Shown one piece after another: positions 1 through 11,680 of a stretch of 64,000 bases of DNA. A model generated the notes under the pieces. That model was not told the origin of the DNA. It ran no database searches and worked only from the letters and a program-made list of their open reading frames with translations. Positions within the stretch are counted from its first letter, which is position 1. Each line of letters begins with the position of its first letter. This DNA comes from Caldilineaceae bacterium (lineage in GTDB: Bacteria; Chloroflexota; Anaerolineae; Caldilineales; Caldilineaceae): assembly GCA_026708085.1 (NCBI GenBank), contig JAPOVP010000189.1, positions 13,834 through 77,833 of the forward strand, written 5' to 3'. Both the position numbers and the translations under genes were made by a program.

Positions 1-1634
<1,634 letters not shown>

Positions 1635-1817
1635 TAGCCTTGTGAAAGCCTGCTCAGGGGAGTCATCTCTGCACGTCATAGAGTCTTGTAGTTCACAACG
1701 CGCCACATTTGAATCACAAGACCAGTTGTGTTCAATAGATGAATCTCAGAGCGCTTTCCGCCCTGCGGCGATGTTGAGCGACTCTGGAAAGGCCAGCCAG
1801 GATGCGCTGGCTCTCCC

Positions 1818-2519
1818 TCAGATATCCAAATCGAGCAGCTCAGGGATTTCATCGACGGCCAGCCCGGTCCACGTCTCCACTTCGGGTCTATGGCTGTCGT
1901 AAACATCACTGAGGTCTGTCCGCTTCAATACCGGCAGCATTCCGAGCGCAGCTGCGCCGGTCAGCTCCTGGTTGCTGCCGTCGCCGACATAGATGCAGAA
2001 CTCTGGCTCCGTTTTCAGCCGCTGGCAAGTGCGTTGATAGATCGCGTCAGCAGGCTTGGCCATGCGTTCGTCGCAGGAATAGACCGGGATGTCGATGCCA
2101 CGGGCCAAAGGAGAACGGGAAAAGAGCTGCGACACTACAGGGCCGCAGTTGCTGATGAGTCCAGTCCTGAAGCCCCTTCGCTTCGGTTCGTCCAAGGTTT
2201 CCATGACCTCCGGTCCTGGCACGAGCGCGTTCGCCATGAATTGGCGGTTGAGCTCAGCGGCCTGCGCGATGCCGCTTGTCTTCGCCGTAACGCCTGTACG
2301 CCGGCAGATATACCACAAGAGATCTTCATAGGTATCGTAGCGTCCCAGGCATCTGTCTTGATAGGTCTCTCCCATCAGCTGCCAGAAGTCTGCATAGGGG
2401 ACACCGACCTCGGCGGCCATCTTTGCATTCACCTGATCGTGCTCGCGGCGCGTGAGACTGCCAACCAGTGTACCGAAGAGATCGAAGAGGACGGCCCTAT
2501 AGCGCACAACATCTTTCAT
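1818..2519 (-). CDS. HAD-superfamily hydrolase (haloacid-dehalogenase-like)
   Basis: 233-aa ORF with motif I-like [10 protein letters not shown] near the N-terminus and [11 protein letters not shown] near the C-terminus. Confidence 0.75.
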   Translation of the reverse strand: MKDVVRYRAVLFDLFGTLVGSLTRREHDQVNAKMAAEVGVPYADFWQLMGETYQDRCLGRYDTYEDLLWYICRRTGVTAKTSGIAQAAELNRQFMANALVPGPEVMETLDEPKRRGFRTGLISNCGPVVSQLFSRSPLARGIDIPVYSCDERMAKPADAIYQRTCQRLKTEPEFCIYVGDGSNQELTGAAALGMLPVLKRTDLSDVYDSHRPEVETWTGLAVDEIPELLDLDI

Positions 2520-2561
2520 TTGCGGTCTACAGCGTAAATGGAAATCCAGCTCTCTGCGCGG

Positions 2562-2645
2562 TCAGCCCCTGATGCCGGTCAGCGCGATGCCTTTGACGAG
2601 CTTGCGCCGGAAGATGAAGTAGACGATGAGCGGCGGGATGAGGGC
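2562..2645 (-). pseudogene. 3' stub of a carbohydrate-type ABC transporter permease gene (last 27 codons only)
   Basis: Reverse translation gives ALIPPLIVYFIFRRKLVKGIALTGIRG*, the characteristic C-terminus of MalF/MalG-type permeases. No upstream remainder is present; the frame breaks at 2645/2646. Confidence 0.6.
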
Positions 2646-3005
2646 TCAATTCCCATCTGATGTCAGAAGTCGTTGAAGACGGCGACGGCATTTCCGGTGT
2701 TGATTGATTCCCAGGCGGCGATATCCGCCCGGCGCTTTGTTATGTCCGCGCACACCCTGCATAAGGACTTCATGTGTTTGCCGGAGGAGCCTCTGAAACG
2801 GGGGGATTTCCTTCAAGATGTCGATTGCGACATGGAGGGCGAATCGAAAACTCAGTGCCTCGTGAATGTCGACTATCTCCGGAGTGCTCTCATCCGAAAG
2901 GTTTCTTTCCGCCTCGAACGTCAGTAATTCGGTCAGCGTCGTTCGCGTGCCTTCTATACGGCTGGACAGGACAGCCTCTAGCGACGTGAAGGGAGACAGA
3001 ATCAC
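2646..3005 (-). pseudogene. Fic-family protein fragment (N- and C-terminally truncated or frameshifted)
   Basis: The ORF contains LEAVLSSRIEGTRTTL and HEVLMQGVRGHNKAPGGYR, both typical of the region before the Fic core. No HPFxxGNG motif follows, and the tail is arginine-rich out-of-frame sequence. Confidence 0.5.
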
Positions 3006-3038
3006 ATCGTCAGACGTCGGCTTTGCTGAAGGCGGCCG

Positions 3039-4172
3039 TCAGGACGACGGCTCTCTATTCGCGATGATTGCCTTGATGCGGGCGTTCCGCAAATTCCAGC
3101 GCTGGCCGACCCGTTCAAGGTCGCCCTCGGCGATAACCGTCGCCTGTTCAGCGTGGGCTTTGATGGCGCGCGCGTATTCCGACTGCTCGAGAACGGCATT
3201 CACGGACTGCATCTGTCCGTCGATCTCCGCCTTCAGCCAGATCTTCCCTTCCTCCTGGTCCTCGGTGCGGTTCAGGATATTCACGAAGCCAACCAGGCTC
3301 TCATCGTGCCGTGGACCCCGTTGTCGAAAAGCGCGCGCCGCCTCCCGCAATATGGGCGCATCGTCGTTGGAAAAACGGATGACCTCCCGCGCCCTTACCA
3401 CAGGCCGCGTGCGCGCCCACACAAAGCTGACGTCCGTCGTTGAGAAGGGCATGATCATCGTGTCGAGGGCCTCGCACAGGTTGGCGCTTACACCTTTCTC
3501 CACAACTTCTGCAAAAGCGTCCGCTTCCCCGCCGACTGTGCCTTCGATGGCCTGGCGGACGGCGCTCAGAGAGCTGGCCAGGTGTCTGGTTATCCTGCGT
3601 TCAACCGCGTCGTCCGGCAGCTCTTCTGGACTGAGATCAAATGTCAGCTGCATCGGCGGAGGCACGACCGGGGACAATAGCGTGACAACGAAGCTGCCCT
3701 GTTCGGTCTGCCCCAGGCGCATCTGGCGCAGATATACCCGCGCCTCCCGGTTCGCCCCCGCGCGAAAGAGAGGTTGTGGATTGTAAAAGGAGCAGGCGGC
3801 AGCCAGGATCACGTCGCTCGCGCCGCGCACGAAGTCGACTCCCTCGTCCATGGCAACCGTCCCGTCGTCGCTCTCCGATGCCCGCATCCTGATGACGTCC
3901 CGGTCGGCGTTAACCAGGTCCCGGTAGAGCGCGAGCTCGTCCACACCGGCCGTGCGCGCGAAGATCCCGAGCACTGTTGACACCACGTTGGCATAGTCGC
4001 CGAGATGCTCCGTCCGCGGCAGGATGATCTCCGGCAATCCATCGGCCGCGTACACGTCGGAGTAGTCGCCATACGGCTCCGCCTTGGCCCAGCCCTCCGA
4101 TCGGGCGTACGCCGAAAGCGCCACAGGCGACACCGCCAGCAACGCGTCTCTGTCCTCTATGTTGGCTTTCAT
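3039..4172 (-). CDS. Hypothetical protein (377 aa), translationally coupled to the upstream DUF4365 gene
   Basis: Long clean ORF. Its ATG overlaps the stop of 4169..4669 as ATGA. I recognise no motif. Confidence 0.6.
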   Translation of the reverse strand: MKANIEDRDALLAVSPVALSAYARSEGWAKAEPYGDYSDVYAADGLPEIILPRTEHLGDYANVVSTVLGIFARTAGVDELALYRDLVNADRDVIRMRASESDDGTVAMDEGVDFVRGASDVILAAACSFYNPQPLFRAGANREARVYLRQMRLGQTEQGSFVVTLLSPVVPPPMQLTFDLSPEELPDDAVERRITRHLASSLSAVRQAIEGTVGGEADAFAEVVEKGVSANLCEALDTMIMPFSTTDVSFVWARTRPVVRAREVIRFSNDDAPILREAARAFRQRGPRHDESLVGFVNILNRTEDQEEGKIWLKAEIDGQMQSVNAVLEQSEYARAIKAHAEQATVIAEGDLERVGQRWNLRNARIKAIIANREPSS

Positions 4173-4669
4173 TCGATCCTCCCCTCCCGAGACTGTTCCA
4201 TCAACGTCTGCAGGTTGTCAACGTTGAACAGATTCTGTTCAGGGATAAGGACGGTGACGGACGACCTGTTCTCGGTCCCGTCATGGCCCGTAAGACTAAG
4301 CCAATAGGCGCTGCGCCGCAAGACAAGCGCATCCGGCGTAACTGTCAGCCACTGCGCCTGATCTCTCGGCAGATTGAGCACCACCAGCAAGCGCGGCGTC
4401 TGCGTCGGCTCGCACAGAAGATTGTAATTCTTGGCCCTGAGCCGGTAATGAAAGAAACCTTCAGAAGGTTTGCCCAGGTTGATCGTTGCCTTCAGCTGCA
4501 ATGCGATGGCCGGGCGCATCATTCCACCGGCCTGGATGAGGATATCAACGCCATCTCTGTCCAGCGAATAGTCAGCGGTACTGTACCCGGCGCGAGCCGC
4601 CACGGCCTGGACGTAGACGCGAGAGAGCGCCTCTTCTATGTCGTTGTCGGTAAACAACCCATCGGTCAT
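4169..4669 (-). CDS. DUF4365-like (PD-(D/E)xK nuclease-fold) protein
   Basis: 166 aa. The pattern EEALSRVYVQAVAARAGY...DRDGVDILIQ...ALQLKAT resembles the DUF4365 core (acidic residues, then a QxK strand). Confidence 0.6.
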   Translation of the reverse strand: MTDGLFTDNDIEEALSRVYVQAVAARAGYSTADYSLDRDGVDILIQAGGMMRPAIALQLKATINLGKPSEGFFHYRLRAKNYNLLCEPTQTPRLLVVLNLPRDQAQWLTVTPDALVLRRSAYWLSLTGHDGTENRSSVTVLIPEQNLFNVDNLQTLMEQSREGRIE

Positions 4670-4711
4670 ACAGATTTGCTCTGGCGAAGGCCAAGACGAC
4701 TGCGAAAGGTC

Positions 4712-5533
4712 TTACTCTCCTTCCCTTGTCCTCTCGTAGAAAATCTCAAGAGTCGCCTGATGCGTGATGAAATCAACGAGCGTTAGAGGCTGAACAGTAT
4801 GGCTGACCACCAACCTGCCATGCGACGGGATGAAATTCAACGAAGTATCACCAGGTCCTCTGCCCATGCAGAGCTCATCAAGACGATTTCGAATCTTCAT
4901 TCGGTTTTCTGACTCTTTTCCTTGCCAGTCGATTCCGCCAAGATCGCTAAACACATGGGGCTCCGCCTTAAAGCATGTCTGGCAGAGTTTTATCTTGACT
5001 GCCGGAATGGTGTATGAGCACTGGTGGGGAGGCGGAGACAGTGGCAGCAGATTGGATTGCATTGCGTCCGGTTCATCCCAGTAGTGCTTCATCCCCTCCT
5101 GTCGAAGATCCTCATACTCGATCTCGTTAAACTGAAAGCGCGGATCTCCCGAAAACCTCAGTCCTCTATCTCTGCTGTTTTCCTTGGCCCCACCAGCGTA
5201 AAGATGCGCGGGCTGAACACAACATCGACGATGACACATATGGAGAATATGTTTTCCTATTGTTTCACCCCTCGTCATACTGTATGCCGCGCGATGGGCA
5301 AGATTCGATCCGATCACTCCATAGCCATCCTCATTCAACCCTCTTCTCCAAATGAGACACGGGCCGGCAATCGATATCTGACTGTTTTGCGGAGGGGTAT
5401 AGACGGCGGCGTAATCGGAACTGCTTATTGTTCTTGACGTGCGCCTTTGCCTGGGAAGGACATTCGATCCTCCAATCCACAGCAAAAAATTTCGTTCTTC
5501 ATGGTGCCGATTTGCATTCGGAGATTCCAACAT
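4712..5533 (-). CDS. HNH endonuclease-domain protein
   Basis: CLIWRRGLNEDGYGVIGSNLAHRAAY...HILHMCHRRCCVQPAHLYAGGAKENSRD is an HNH_3-like signature. Confidence 0.7.
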   Translation of the reverse strand: MLESPNANRHHEERNFLLWIGGSNVLPRQRRTSRTISSSDYAAVYTPPQNSQISIAGPCLIWRRGLNEDGYGVIGSNLAHRAAYSMTRGETIGKHILHMCHRRCCVQPAHLYAGGAKENSRDRGLRFSGDPRFQFNEIEYEDLRQEGMKHYWDEPDAMQSNLLPLSPPPHQCSYTIPAVKIKLCQTCFKAEPHVFSDLGGIDWQGKESENRMKIRNRLDELCMGRGPGDTSLNFIPSHGRLVVSHTVQPLTLVDFITHQATLEIFYERTREGE

Positions 5534-5874
5534 TTAACAGCTCCTTGAAGTGGGCCCCGATGCCTGGACCTCAAGCAAAAGCGAATAGTGGAGCAAGCTA
5601 CCCGTATGTGGAGGGCCGGCAGAACTTGAAGCAATCGCGCCACCAGCGCTACCCTCGTCTTTGCCTTGCACGGACAGAGCTTGACTAGCATGCCAGGGCG
5701 ATCCATGTCTCGATTGTAGTTCTGCCTTTCGTCAATTTGGGTTGGCCTGAGCACACTGAACTGCGAACTCCTCGTCGGGAGGTCCTGATAAAGGAAAAAG
5801 TCAGACACCCCGGACAGTCTCATACCAACCTCCAGCCTGCAACATGGTGGCTCTTCCATAAGACGATTCCGAGA

Positions 5875-6582
5875 CTATCCATTCATCCGGTCGTCTATTA
5901 CATCCAAGCAATTCGCCCATGTGAGGTAATGCGTAACCGGCACCTCGTGTAGTCCGTCTGCAGGGTTTTTCCTAACTGTGATGAGCACCCCTCTTCCCCT
6001 TGGGTCTTTCCGATCGGTCACGACAACTATAATCAGGCGGTCCGGGTCAGGTTCTGCGGGCAGGATAGACTCGGCCATACGAACAACCGCGTCCTGGTAT
6101 GGTGGCTGTTCACTGAAGCTCCTCTCTCTGGTTGCTGCTCTCTCTTCCCATCGCCTTAGGCTCTCGGCGTACCTGACGTTGGGGGACTTGCTCGCTCGCT
6201 TCTCCACCTCTCCAAGCAACCCGAAATCAGAGCAGTATGCGCTGCTCAATTCGTCCTCTGACCCGTGGCAATCACAGCCGTCTGCCATGGTCTCACACCA
6301 TGGGTAAGGATCCCCAACCAATCTGAACTCATGCCGATCCCAGCCCGGAGGGAAGGAATCTTTGACAGAATCCCAGTTGGCAATCCTTTCAATGCACTCG
6401 GAAAGCATGGTTGGTTTGTCGAAAGTGCGGTATGGGTATACGGGGACAAGAGGGTTGGGGTCTTGGCCGCCGAAGCGAATGCCGAAGTACGCTATCGCCT
6501 GTTCCATCGACACACATGGAGCCTGAATCTTCACCCACATTTGAGAACTTTCCAACACGATTTCGTAGAGATGGTAGCTCAT
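5875..6582 (-). CDS. Hypothetical protein (235 aa)
   Basis: Clean ORF starting 17 bp downstream of the DUF2971-like gene. No recognised motif. Confidence 0.5.
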   Translation of the reverse strand: MSYHLYEIVLESSQMWVKIQAPCVSMEQAIAYFGIRFGGQDPNPLVPVYPYRTFDKPTMLSECIERIANWDSVKDSFPPGWDRHEFRLVGDPYPWCETMADGCDCHGSEDELSSAYCSDFGLLGEVEKRASKSPNVRYAESLRRWEERAATRERSFSEQPPYQDAVVRMAESILPAEPDPDRLIIVVVTDRKDPRGRGVLITVRKNPADGLHEVPVTHYLTWANCLDVIDDRMNG

Positions 6583-6599
6583 GCGACGTACCTATTGCG

Positions 6600-7751
6600 T
6601 CAGTGACGCGACCCCCCGGTGTTCTGTATCCTGAAGTTGCGGAAACTCGTTCTTCTTTCATACAACCCCTTTACGTTCTCGCCGCGAGCTTCTTTGATTG
6701 CTCGCTCCAAGTCTGCCCTCGAGGTGCGCGGCCCTCGGTAGATTTCCCTGATTGCCTCTGGGGGTATGTCAATGACCTTGACGGGTAGGTTGAATTCGTC
6801 GGTCACCTTGGTATCCCGCGTCCGCTGTAGATCCACTAACAGTCTGACCTCCTGCTCATACGCCCACCCTATCCCCTTCACGAACAACAGCCGTGCCAGG
6901 GACCTCCAGTCCGGGGAGAAGGTTGTAAGATTAACGCTGCACAAGATAGGGCGTCCCAGCACAACCTTGCCTTCCGCGGCGTCACGCTCCATGCTCTCAT
7001 GGTCAACGAAGGCTGCCCGGATCACGTCGTCCCTCGTTGGCACGTACTCAGGAGCTATTTCCAGGTAAGTCACTGTCCTGAGGTCAAAGCCCAACTTAGT
7101 CAAAGCCTCTGTGTCGTAGCCTACGACCACGCCACTGTTTTGAGCGTAATGCGCCCACATCGTTGGAACGAGCGCGTTTCTGCTCAACGAGACCACCCCC
7201 GCCCGAGAGTCCAGGTGCTCCCTGATATAGCCTGCCAGCTCCATATCCCCGTTACTGGTCACCCACAGCTTCGCGAGTTCTCCCTTAGACATGGTGATTC
7301 CCAGGCACTCCTGCAGCTTTACACCCATTGCAGCGCGATAACGGCTGGCGTCATTCTCTCTCCCTCTCATTGGCCCGATACTGCACTCCATAACATCGTT
7401 AAGGGCTGACGGTTGCGTCGCTCTCAAACTCCCCGGCGCCCCCTTGCCGATACGACTCATGGGAATGTACTTGTAAAGGACGCTGGGTATGCCGGTCTTG
7501 CCTTCTACCAACTTGGCCGCGCACTCTCTAGATTGAATCGAGCGAAGCTGCCACGCTGCCACGCTGGGCATTTGCAGCGGTATCGCCCGATGCTCCCTCT
7601 CGTTTAAGGTGAGTATCTCCGCGCACAGCCTCTCAATGTACAGTTCGGCCTCTCGCCTTGCTTGGTCACTATATGCGTGGTGATAACCTTCGACTTGGCA
7701 GTGAAACCCCCTCTTTGCAATTGCCTCAACCATGTCGGCGGGTTTTGTCAT
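6600..7751 (-). CDS. DUF2971-like protein
   Basis: 383 aa with LRATQPSALNDVMEC (the FNDPxE-type motif) and GWAYEQEVRLLV (the ExE-R motif). Confidence 0.55.
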   Translation of the reverse strand: MTKPADMVEAIAKRGFHCQVEGYHHAYSDQARREAELYIERLCAEILTLNEREHRAIPLQMPSVAAWQLRSIQSRECAAKLVEGKTGIPSVLYKYIPMSRIGKGAPGSLRATQPSALNDVMECSIGPMRGRENDASRYRAAMGVKLQECLGITMSKGELAKLWVTSNGDMELAGYIREHLDSRAGVVSLSRNALVPTMWAHYAQNSGVVVGYDTEALTKLGFDLRTVTYLEIAPEYVPTRDDVIRAAFVDHESMERDAAEGKVVLGRPILCSVNLTTFSPDWRSLARLLFVKGIGWAYEQEVRLLVDLQRTRDTKVTDEFNLPVKVIDIPPEAIREIYRGPRTSRADLERAIKEARGENVKGLYERRTSFRNFRIQNTGGSRH

Positions 7752-8087
7752 GGTTATGCCCTGCTACTCCTGTTCCAATCGGTTTCGTTCGCTTACCACA
7801 AACGGCCACATTCATTCGTAGCGTAATACAGAATCTCCGTGTGGTCGGCCCCAATCTTTGGACCACGAAATGGGAAGAATAAGGTGCATCCAGACAGATG
7901 GGGCCGGCCATTGTGTTGCACGGCTGCTTCCCGCCCGCCGAACCTCCCCCCACTCGCTGGGTAAACCGCTCCATCGTGCATCTCAACGCGTGGCCCAAAA
8001 CGTTAACAATTTCAAAACTGATTGTGAACACAAAACTCGCTAACGGAGGGACACCCCTTGTGCGTACCCCTGATCCGGAAATCGTCA

Positions 8088-8600
8088 TCACTTCACCCAG
8101 TCCCAAACGCTGATCACTTCAAGGAAAATTATGGCTGCCAGAATCGCATGCAAAACAGCGAACACAACGGGTATCCACAGTTCCTTGCTCGTCACCGCCC
8201 TGTAAACCTTGCCCTTCCCTTCCTCTGCCAATTGCCACTCATACTCGTACATCGCCGCCGGTAAATGCTGCTCGAACTCGTGAATTATGTCGAACTTGAC
8301 GCTGTTCAGATCAGCGTGCGACCTGATAATCGAACGCCATAGCAGGGAAACGGCAATCCCAATCAGGGGAACGGACAGCGCCCAGAGATTCTCGCCGAAT
8401 CCTGCGGATCGAAATCCGTACAACGCGACAAGAGCCGTGTTCAAAGTCAAAAGGTAGTTGCTGGAAGCGACCCGCCGTGCACTCACGTTCTCAGCGGACT
8501 GCACGTAGAGTTTGTACTGCTCTAAAAGATCCTTACCAAAGGTCTCTCCATAAGCCTCTTTCTCCAAATGGATCAGGCGCCGGCCCGGCTGATCAGCCAC
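8088..8600 (-). CDS. Small two-TM membrane protein (effector-like)
   Basis: 170 aa. A soluble N-terminal helix (YKLYVQSAENVSARRVASSNYLLTLN) is followed by hydrophobic helices (ALVALYGF..., LWALSVPLIGIAVSLLW) and a C-terminal TM (LWIPVVFAVLHAILAAIIFL). The start lies 3 nt after the TIR-like gene's stop. Confidence 0.65.
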   Translation of the reverse strand: MADQPGRRLIHLEKEAYGETFGKDLLEQYKLYVQSAENVSARRVASSNYLLTLNTALVALYGFRSAGFGENLWALSVPLIGIAVSLLWRSIIRSHADLNSVKFDIIHEFEQHLPAAMYEYEWQLAEEGKGKVYRAVTSKELWIPVVFAVLHAILAAIIFLEVISVWDWVK

Positions 8601-8603
8601 AAT

Positions 8604-9047
8604 TTATCTTGCCCCTGCGATAAGTTGCTTCAAGTTTTCCCAAGTCCACTTGTATATCTTATCCGTTGATAGTATATTTCGTGGCTTGTTACATGCTTTC
8701 TTTGGGCGACCCCAAAGCAAGAAGTAGGGCTTGTTCTCCTCTCGTGTAATAGCTACTTCCGCGGCAACACCGCTCGCAGTATGGGTGTATTCACCACAGA
8801 TCACGATAGTCAAGTCAGTTCTTCGGATACGATCGCGGACCCTTGCTCTCCAATTGCTGTCGAACGGCTCATGTACCGACCAATCTGCAATATTGAAGGG
8901 TGAGTCTGGATTCTTAGCCTGACCAATCAACGCATTCCGAAGTTCTTCGTCGTGGTCAAAGTCAAAGCTGATGAACGCTCTCTTCATGGCAAACGTCAGA
9001 CGCCTCCTCGAAGTGCTAGTATCGATTTCCACTCGCTGCAGTGACAT
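8604..9047 (-). CDS. TIR-like (DUF1863/MTH538-type) domain protein
   Basis: KRAFISFDFDHDEE...VICGEYTHTASGVAAEVAITREENKPYFLLWG is typical of ThsB-like TIR/DUF1863 proteins. The true start may be the internal ATG at 8987 (MKRAFISF). Confidence 0.7.
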   Translation of the reverse strand: MSLQRVEIDTSTSRRRLTFAMKRAFISFDFDHDEELRNALIGQAKNPDSPFNIADWSVHEPFDSNWRARVRDRIRRTDLTIVICGEYTHTASGVAAEVAITREENKPYFLLWGRPKKACNKPRNILSTDKIYKWTWENLKQLIAGAR

Positions 9048-9086
9048 AACTACTGGTATTTGTCGAAATTGTAGTCCTGTGTCCTC

Positions 9087-10355
9087 TTACCCGGGAGCCC
9101 ATGGTATTAGCACAATCGACTCTTCGTTTTCGCAAATGTTCGCCAAACGATTCACATAGCGCCCTTGATGACCCAGCCTGCTCAGCAACATCAATTCGAA
9201 GTACCATTGACCGAGCTCCCAAGCTTCCAGATAGGCCTTATTGGAAACGTCGCCCAAATCCTTCCGGGGATGAATCAAATTGTTACGAATATCTACAAGT
9301 GTATGTGGGCCAGTATCCCACTTCTTCATAGATTTCAGTTCCTGACAGTTCTTAGGCAGGTCCAGAGGTATCCGCAGTTTACTCAATGCACTGCCGATGA
9401 ATTCCCCGGTACGTTCTCCCTTCTTCCTTTCACGACTAAGCATCAAATAGGCAAACCCTTCCAGAGCCGCCAAGGTCAGAATAGTTCCTATGTATGGGGC
9501 GCTTACGTTACTTTGCAAATACCAATCCAATGCTCGCAGTGTAGAGCCCTTTCTGTTTTCTTGATCCATGAATAGTATCCAGAACTCTGGAAACAGATCA
9601 GGAAGAATTTCATTGTGCCCTCGGGGAAACGCTGAATGGTAGTCCAACCAAGGTTCTGAGTTGTGTGCTCCCCACCTCACCCAAGAAACCTGACTCATTT
9701 CATCTTTACCCCTTACCAAAGCCAAGCTACAGGCCGCCCCGCGGGCAATCGACAGAAAGAATCGTAGGGCTTCAAGAAGCGGCTCGACATTTCTTACGAA
9801 GAAGGTGGTTCCATCCGAGCGAGTGATCGAACCAGTGTACGTGATGCCGTGCCCTCTGGTTCGCCGTAGGGTCTTTACTGCTTCCCCTATATTTCGTACC
9901 CCTGTAATATCTATCGACCAATCTGACGTCTTCAGTATTTCATGAGGGATCCGAACCCATTGCCCGGCATCGCTGATCATTTTGTCCTGCTGTCCATAGA
10001 ACTCCGGCAAGTTGAGGATGGCAAAGGACACTTCTTTAAGCGGCGAACCCTTGTCGATAACGCTTACGGGTTGACTAACAGGAATAAGTATCAGTCTATC
10101 TGGATCAAAATATGGAGCCCCCAAGACGACTTCCAGCTTAGCGCCACTGCGAAGCTCTATCCTCTTGTGACGCTCCCTGCGAGTCAGTTCCGCAAGAGTA
10201 TCGGACTCAAAAACAACCCTTGGAGAAGGGTGGAGTTGGAAAACGACGCTTACAGGAATGTCTTCTCTTTGACCATCAATGTCGATGATCTGTGTTTCCG
10301 CTAGAGTAATCGGCAAGTTTGGCTCAAACTTAGCCGGCCTAATCTGGTCTGTCAT
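9087..10355 (-). CDS. HEPN-motif protein (ApeA-like architecture)
   Basis: 422 aa. The C-terminal region has HTLVDIRNNLIHPRK, an Rx4H HEPN catalytic motif. The large N-terminal domain is unrecognised. Confidence 0.55.
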   Translation of the reverse strand: MTDQIRPAKFEPNLPITLAETQIIDIDGQREDIPVSVVFQLHPSPRVVFESDTLAELTRRERHKRIELRSGAKLEVVLGAPYFDPDRLILIPVSQPVSVIDKGSPLKEVSFAILNLPEFYGQQDKMISDAGQWVRIPHEILKTSDWSIDITGVRNIGEAVKTLRRTRGHGITYTGSITRSDGTTFFVRNVEPLLEALRFFLSIARGAACSLALVRGKDEMSQVSWVRWGAHNSEPWLDYHSAFPRGHNEILPDLFPEFWILFMDQENRKGSTLRALDWYLQSNVSAPYIGTILTLAALEGFAYLMLSRERKKGERTGEFIGSALSKLRIPLDLPKNCQELKSMKKWDTGPHTLVDIRNNLIHPRKDLGDVSNKAYLEAWELGQWYFELMLLSRLGHQGRYVNRLANICENEESIVLIPWAPG

Positions 10356-10522
10356 TGCTATCCTCGTATCGATTTCGTGCTCGCAACTCGCCGAAAATGA
10401 GCTTCGGTGAGGGTAGTCATTGTAGATCTGGGCAATAACTTACAAGAGTCGGCTTTTGTGACTCATCTTGTAGGTCTACAGTAGGGGCAGCATCGCCGAT
10501 ATCTTGCAAGCCCCGGCGACCC

Positions 10523-11668
10523 TCAACTCATTCCTACCAGATCGGCAACAGCTTCGCCCTTGAACCATTGAATGTCTCCATCACATCCCTTAGCGTGCGG
10601 AAGCCGAAATAGAATGTTAGGCAAGGCTGAATCGCTGTGTTTATTCGGATTAAGATAGAGACAGACGGAAGCGTTCTGGAGGTTCCCTAGGTCGACTTTT
10701 TGGAAAATCATGACAGCATCAATCTTACTGTGGCGAGGCCAGACTCCGTCTGGCTCACGGACTATCTCCGGAGGCAGATCCGGTTTTACCACGGAATACA
10801 GAAGCTGCTCTTTGCCGAACAACACGTCCATATCATTGTCGCGGCCGTTGTAGAAAACATCTCGGCAGTTTACTGCCACGACAAAAGGCAAATTCAAGTT
10901 ACCATAGTGGCTAGCCTTTTTCTTCAGCACTCTTCTTACTGGCGTCACGCTGTCTGTCCAAGTAGCGCGATAGGGCTCGATCACGATATCTTGACGCCTG
11001 TTACCCTTCTCTCGACTCTCTGGAGATATAGGATATAGCCAACCCTCTAAACTCCAGTCCCCGCACTCAATCCTTTCAGAAGGAGTTGAATACATCCCTT
11101 TCTCTTCAAACAGCCGCTGAACGTCGACCGGATCGTGAGCCACCAGCAGGTTCTCAAACGGACGGGTCACATCCTTTCCACGCAACGTTGTTTTCAGTTC
11201 ACCCTCCATATGCACGCCAATATAGAAGTAAGGAGAGCAGAGCGTGTTCAAACTATCTATCACGTTTTGTTCATTTGGACTACGAGTAAACGGCCCTGAT
11301 CTTTGGCCCACCATAGTGGCTTCAAGGTACAAGCTCCTCCCTTCGTGACATATCAGAAAATCGGGATGGGTTTTAACACCAGCGATAACCGGATGCGCAC
11401 TTGTTGCAAACCCTAACCGCGTGATCAGTTCATGCAAAAACAGCTCGAAGAAGGCTCCTTCATGCTGCTGATTGCTGTCAGATCGGAACTTCCCCCGTAG
11501 ATCCTTTTGTTCTGAGGCGGGAAATCTCTTGAACCACGTTTCAAGATTGCGCCGGAGGCGAACTCCGTCAGGCCAATCAAATTGATTTAGACATTGAAAC
11601 GACGACTCCGGCATATTTTCAAAACACAGTGGACTCCGCTTGATATTATCAAAAAGGAATTTTGTCAT
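10523..11668 (-). CDS. Hypothetical protein (381 aa), possibly PD-(D/E)xK-like
   Basis: Clean ORF 12 bp downstream of the DUF4238 gene. HEGAFFELFLHELI...HPDFLICHEGRSLYLEATMV resembles a D...ExK-type nuclease core. This is a weak call. Confidence 0.5.
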   Translation of the reverse strand: MTKFLFDNIKRSPLCFENMPESSFQCLNQFDWPDGVRLRRNLETWFKRFPASEQKDLRGKFRSDSNQQHEGAFFELFLHELITRLGFATSAHPVIAGVKTHPDFLICHEGRSLYLEATMVGQRSGPFTRSPNEQNVIDSLNTLCSPYFYIGVHMEGELKTTLRGKDVTRPFENLLVAHDPVDVQRLFEEKGMYSTPSERIECGDWSLEGWLYPISPESREKGNRRQDIVIEPYRATWTDSVTPVRRVLKKKASHYGNLNLPFVVAVNCRDVFYNGRDNDMDVLFGKEQLLYSVVKPDLPPEIVREPDGVWPRHSKIDAVMIFQKVDLGNLQNASVCLYLNPNKHSDSALPNILFRLPHAKGCDGDIQWFKGEAVADLVGMS

Positions 11669-11680
11669 ACCTCTTACTCC

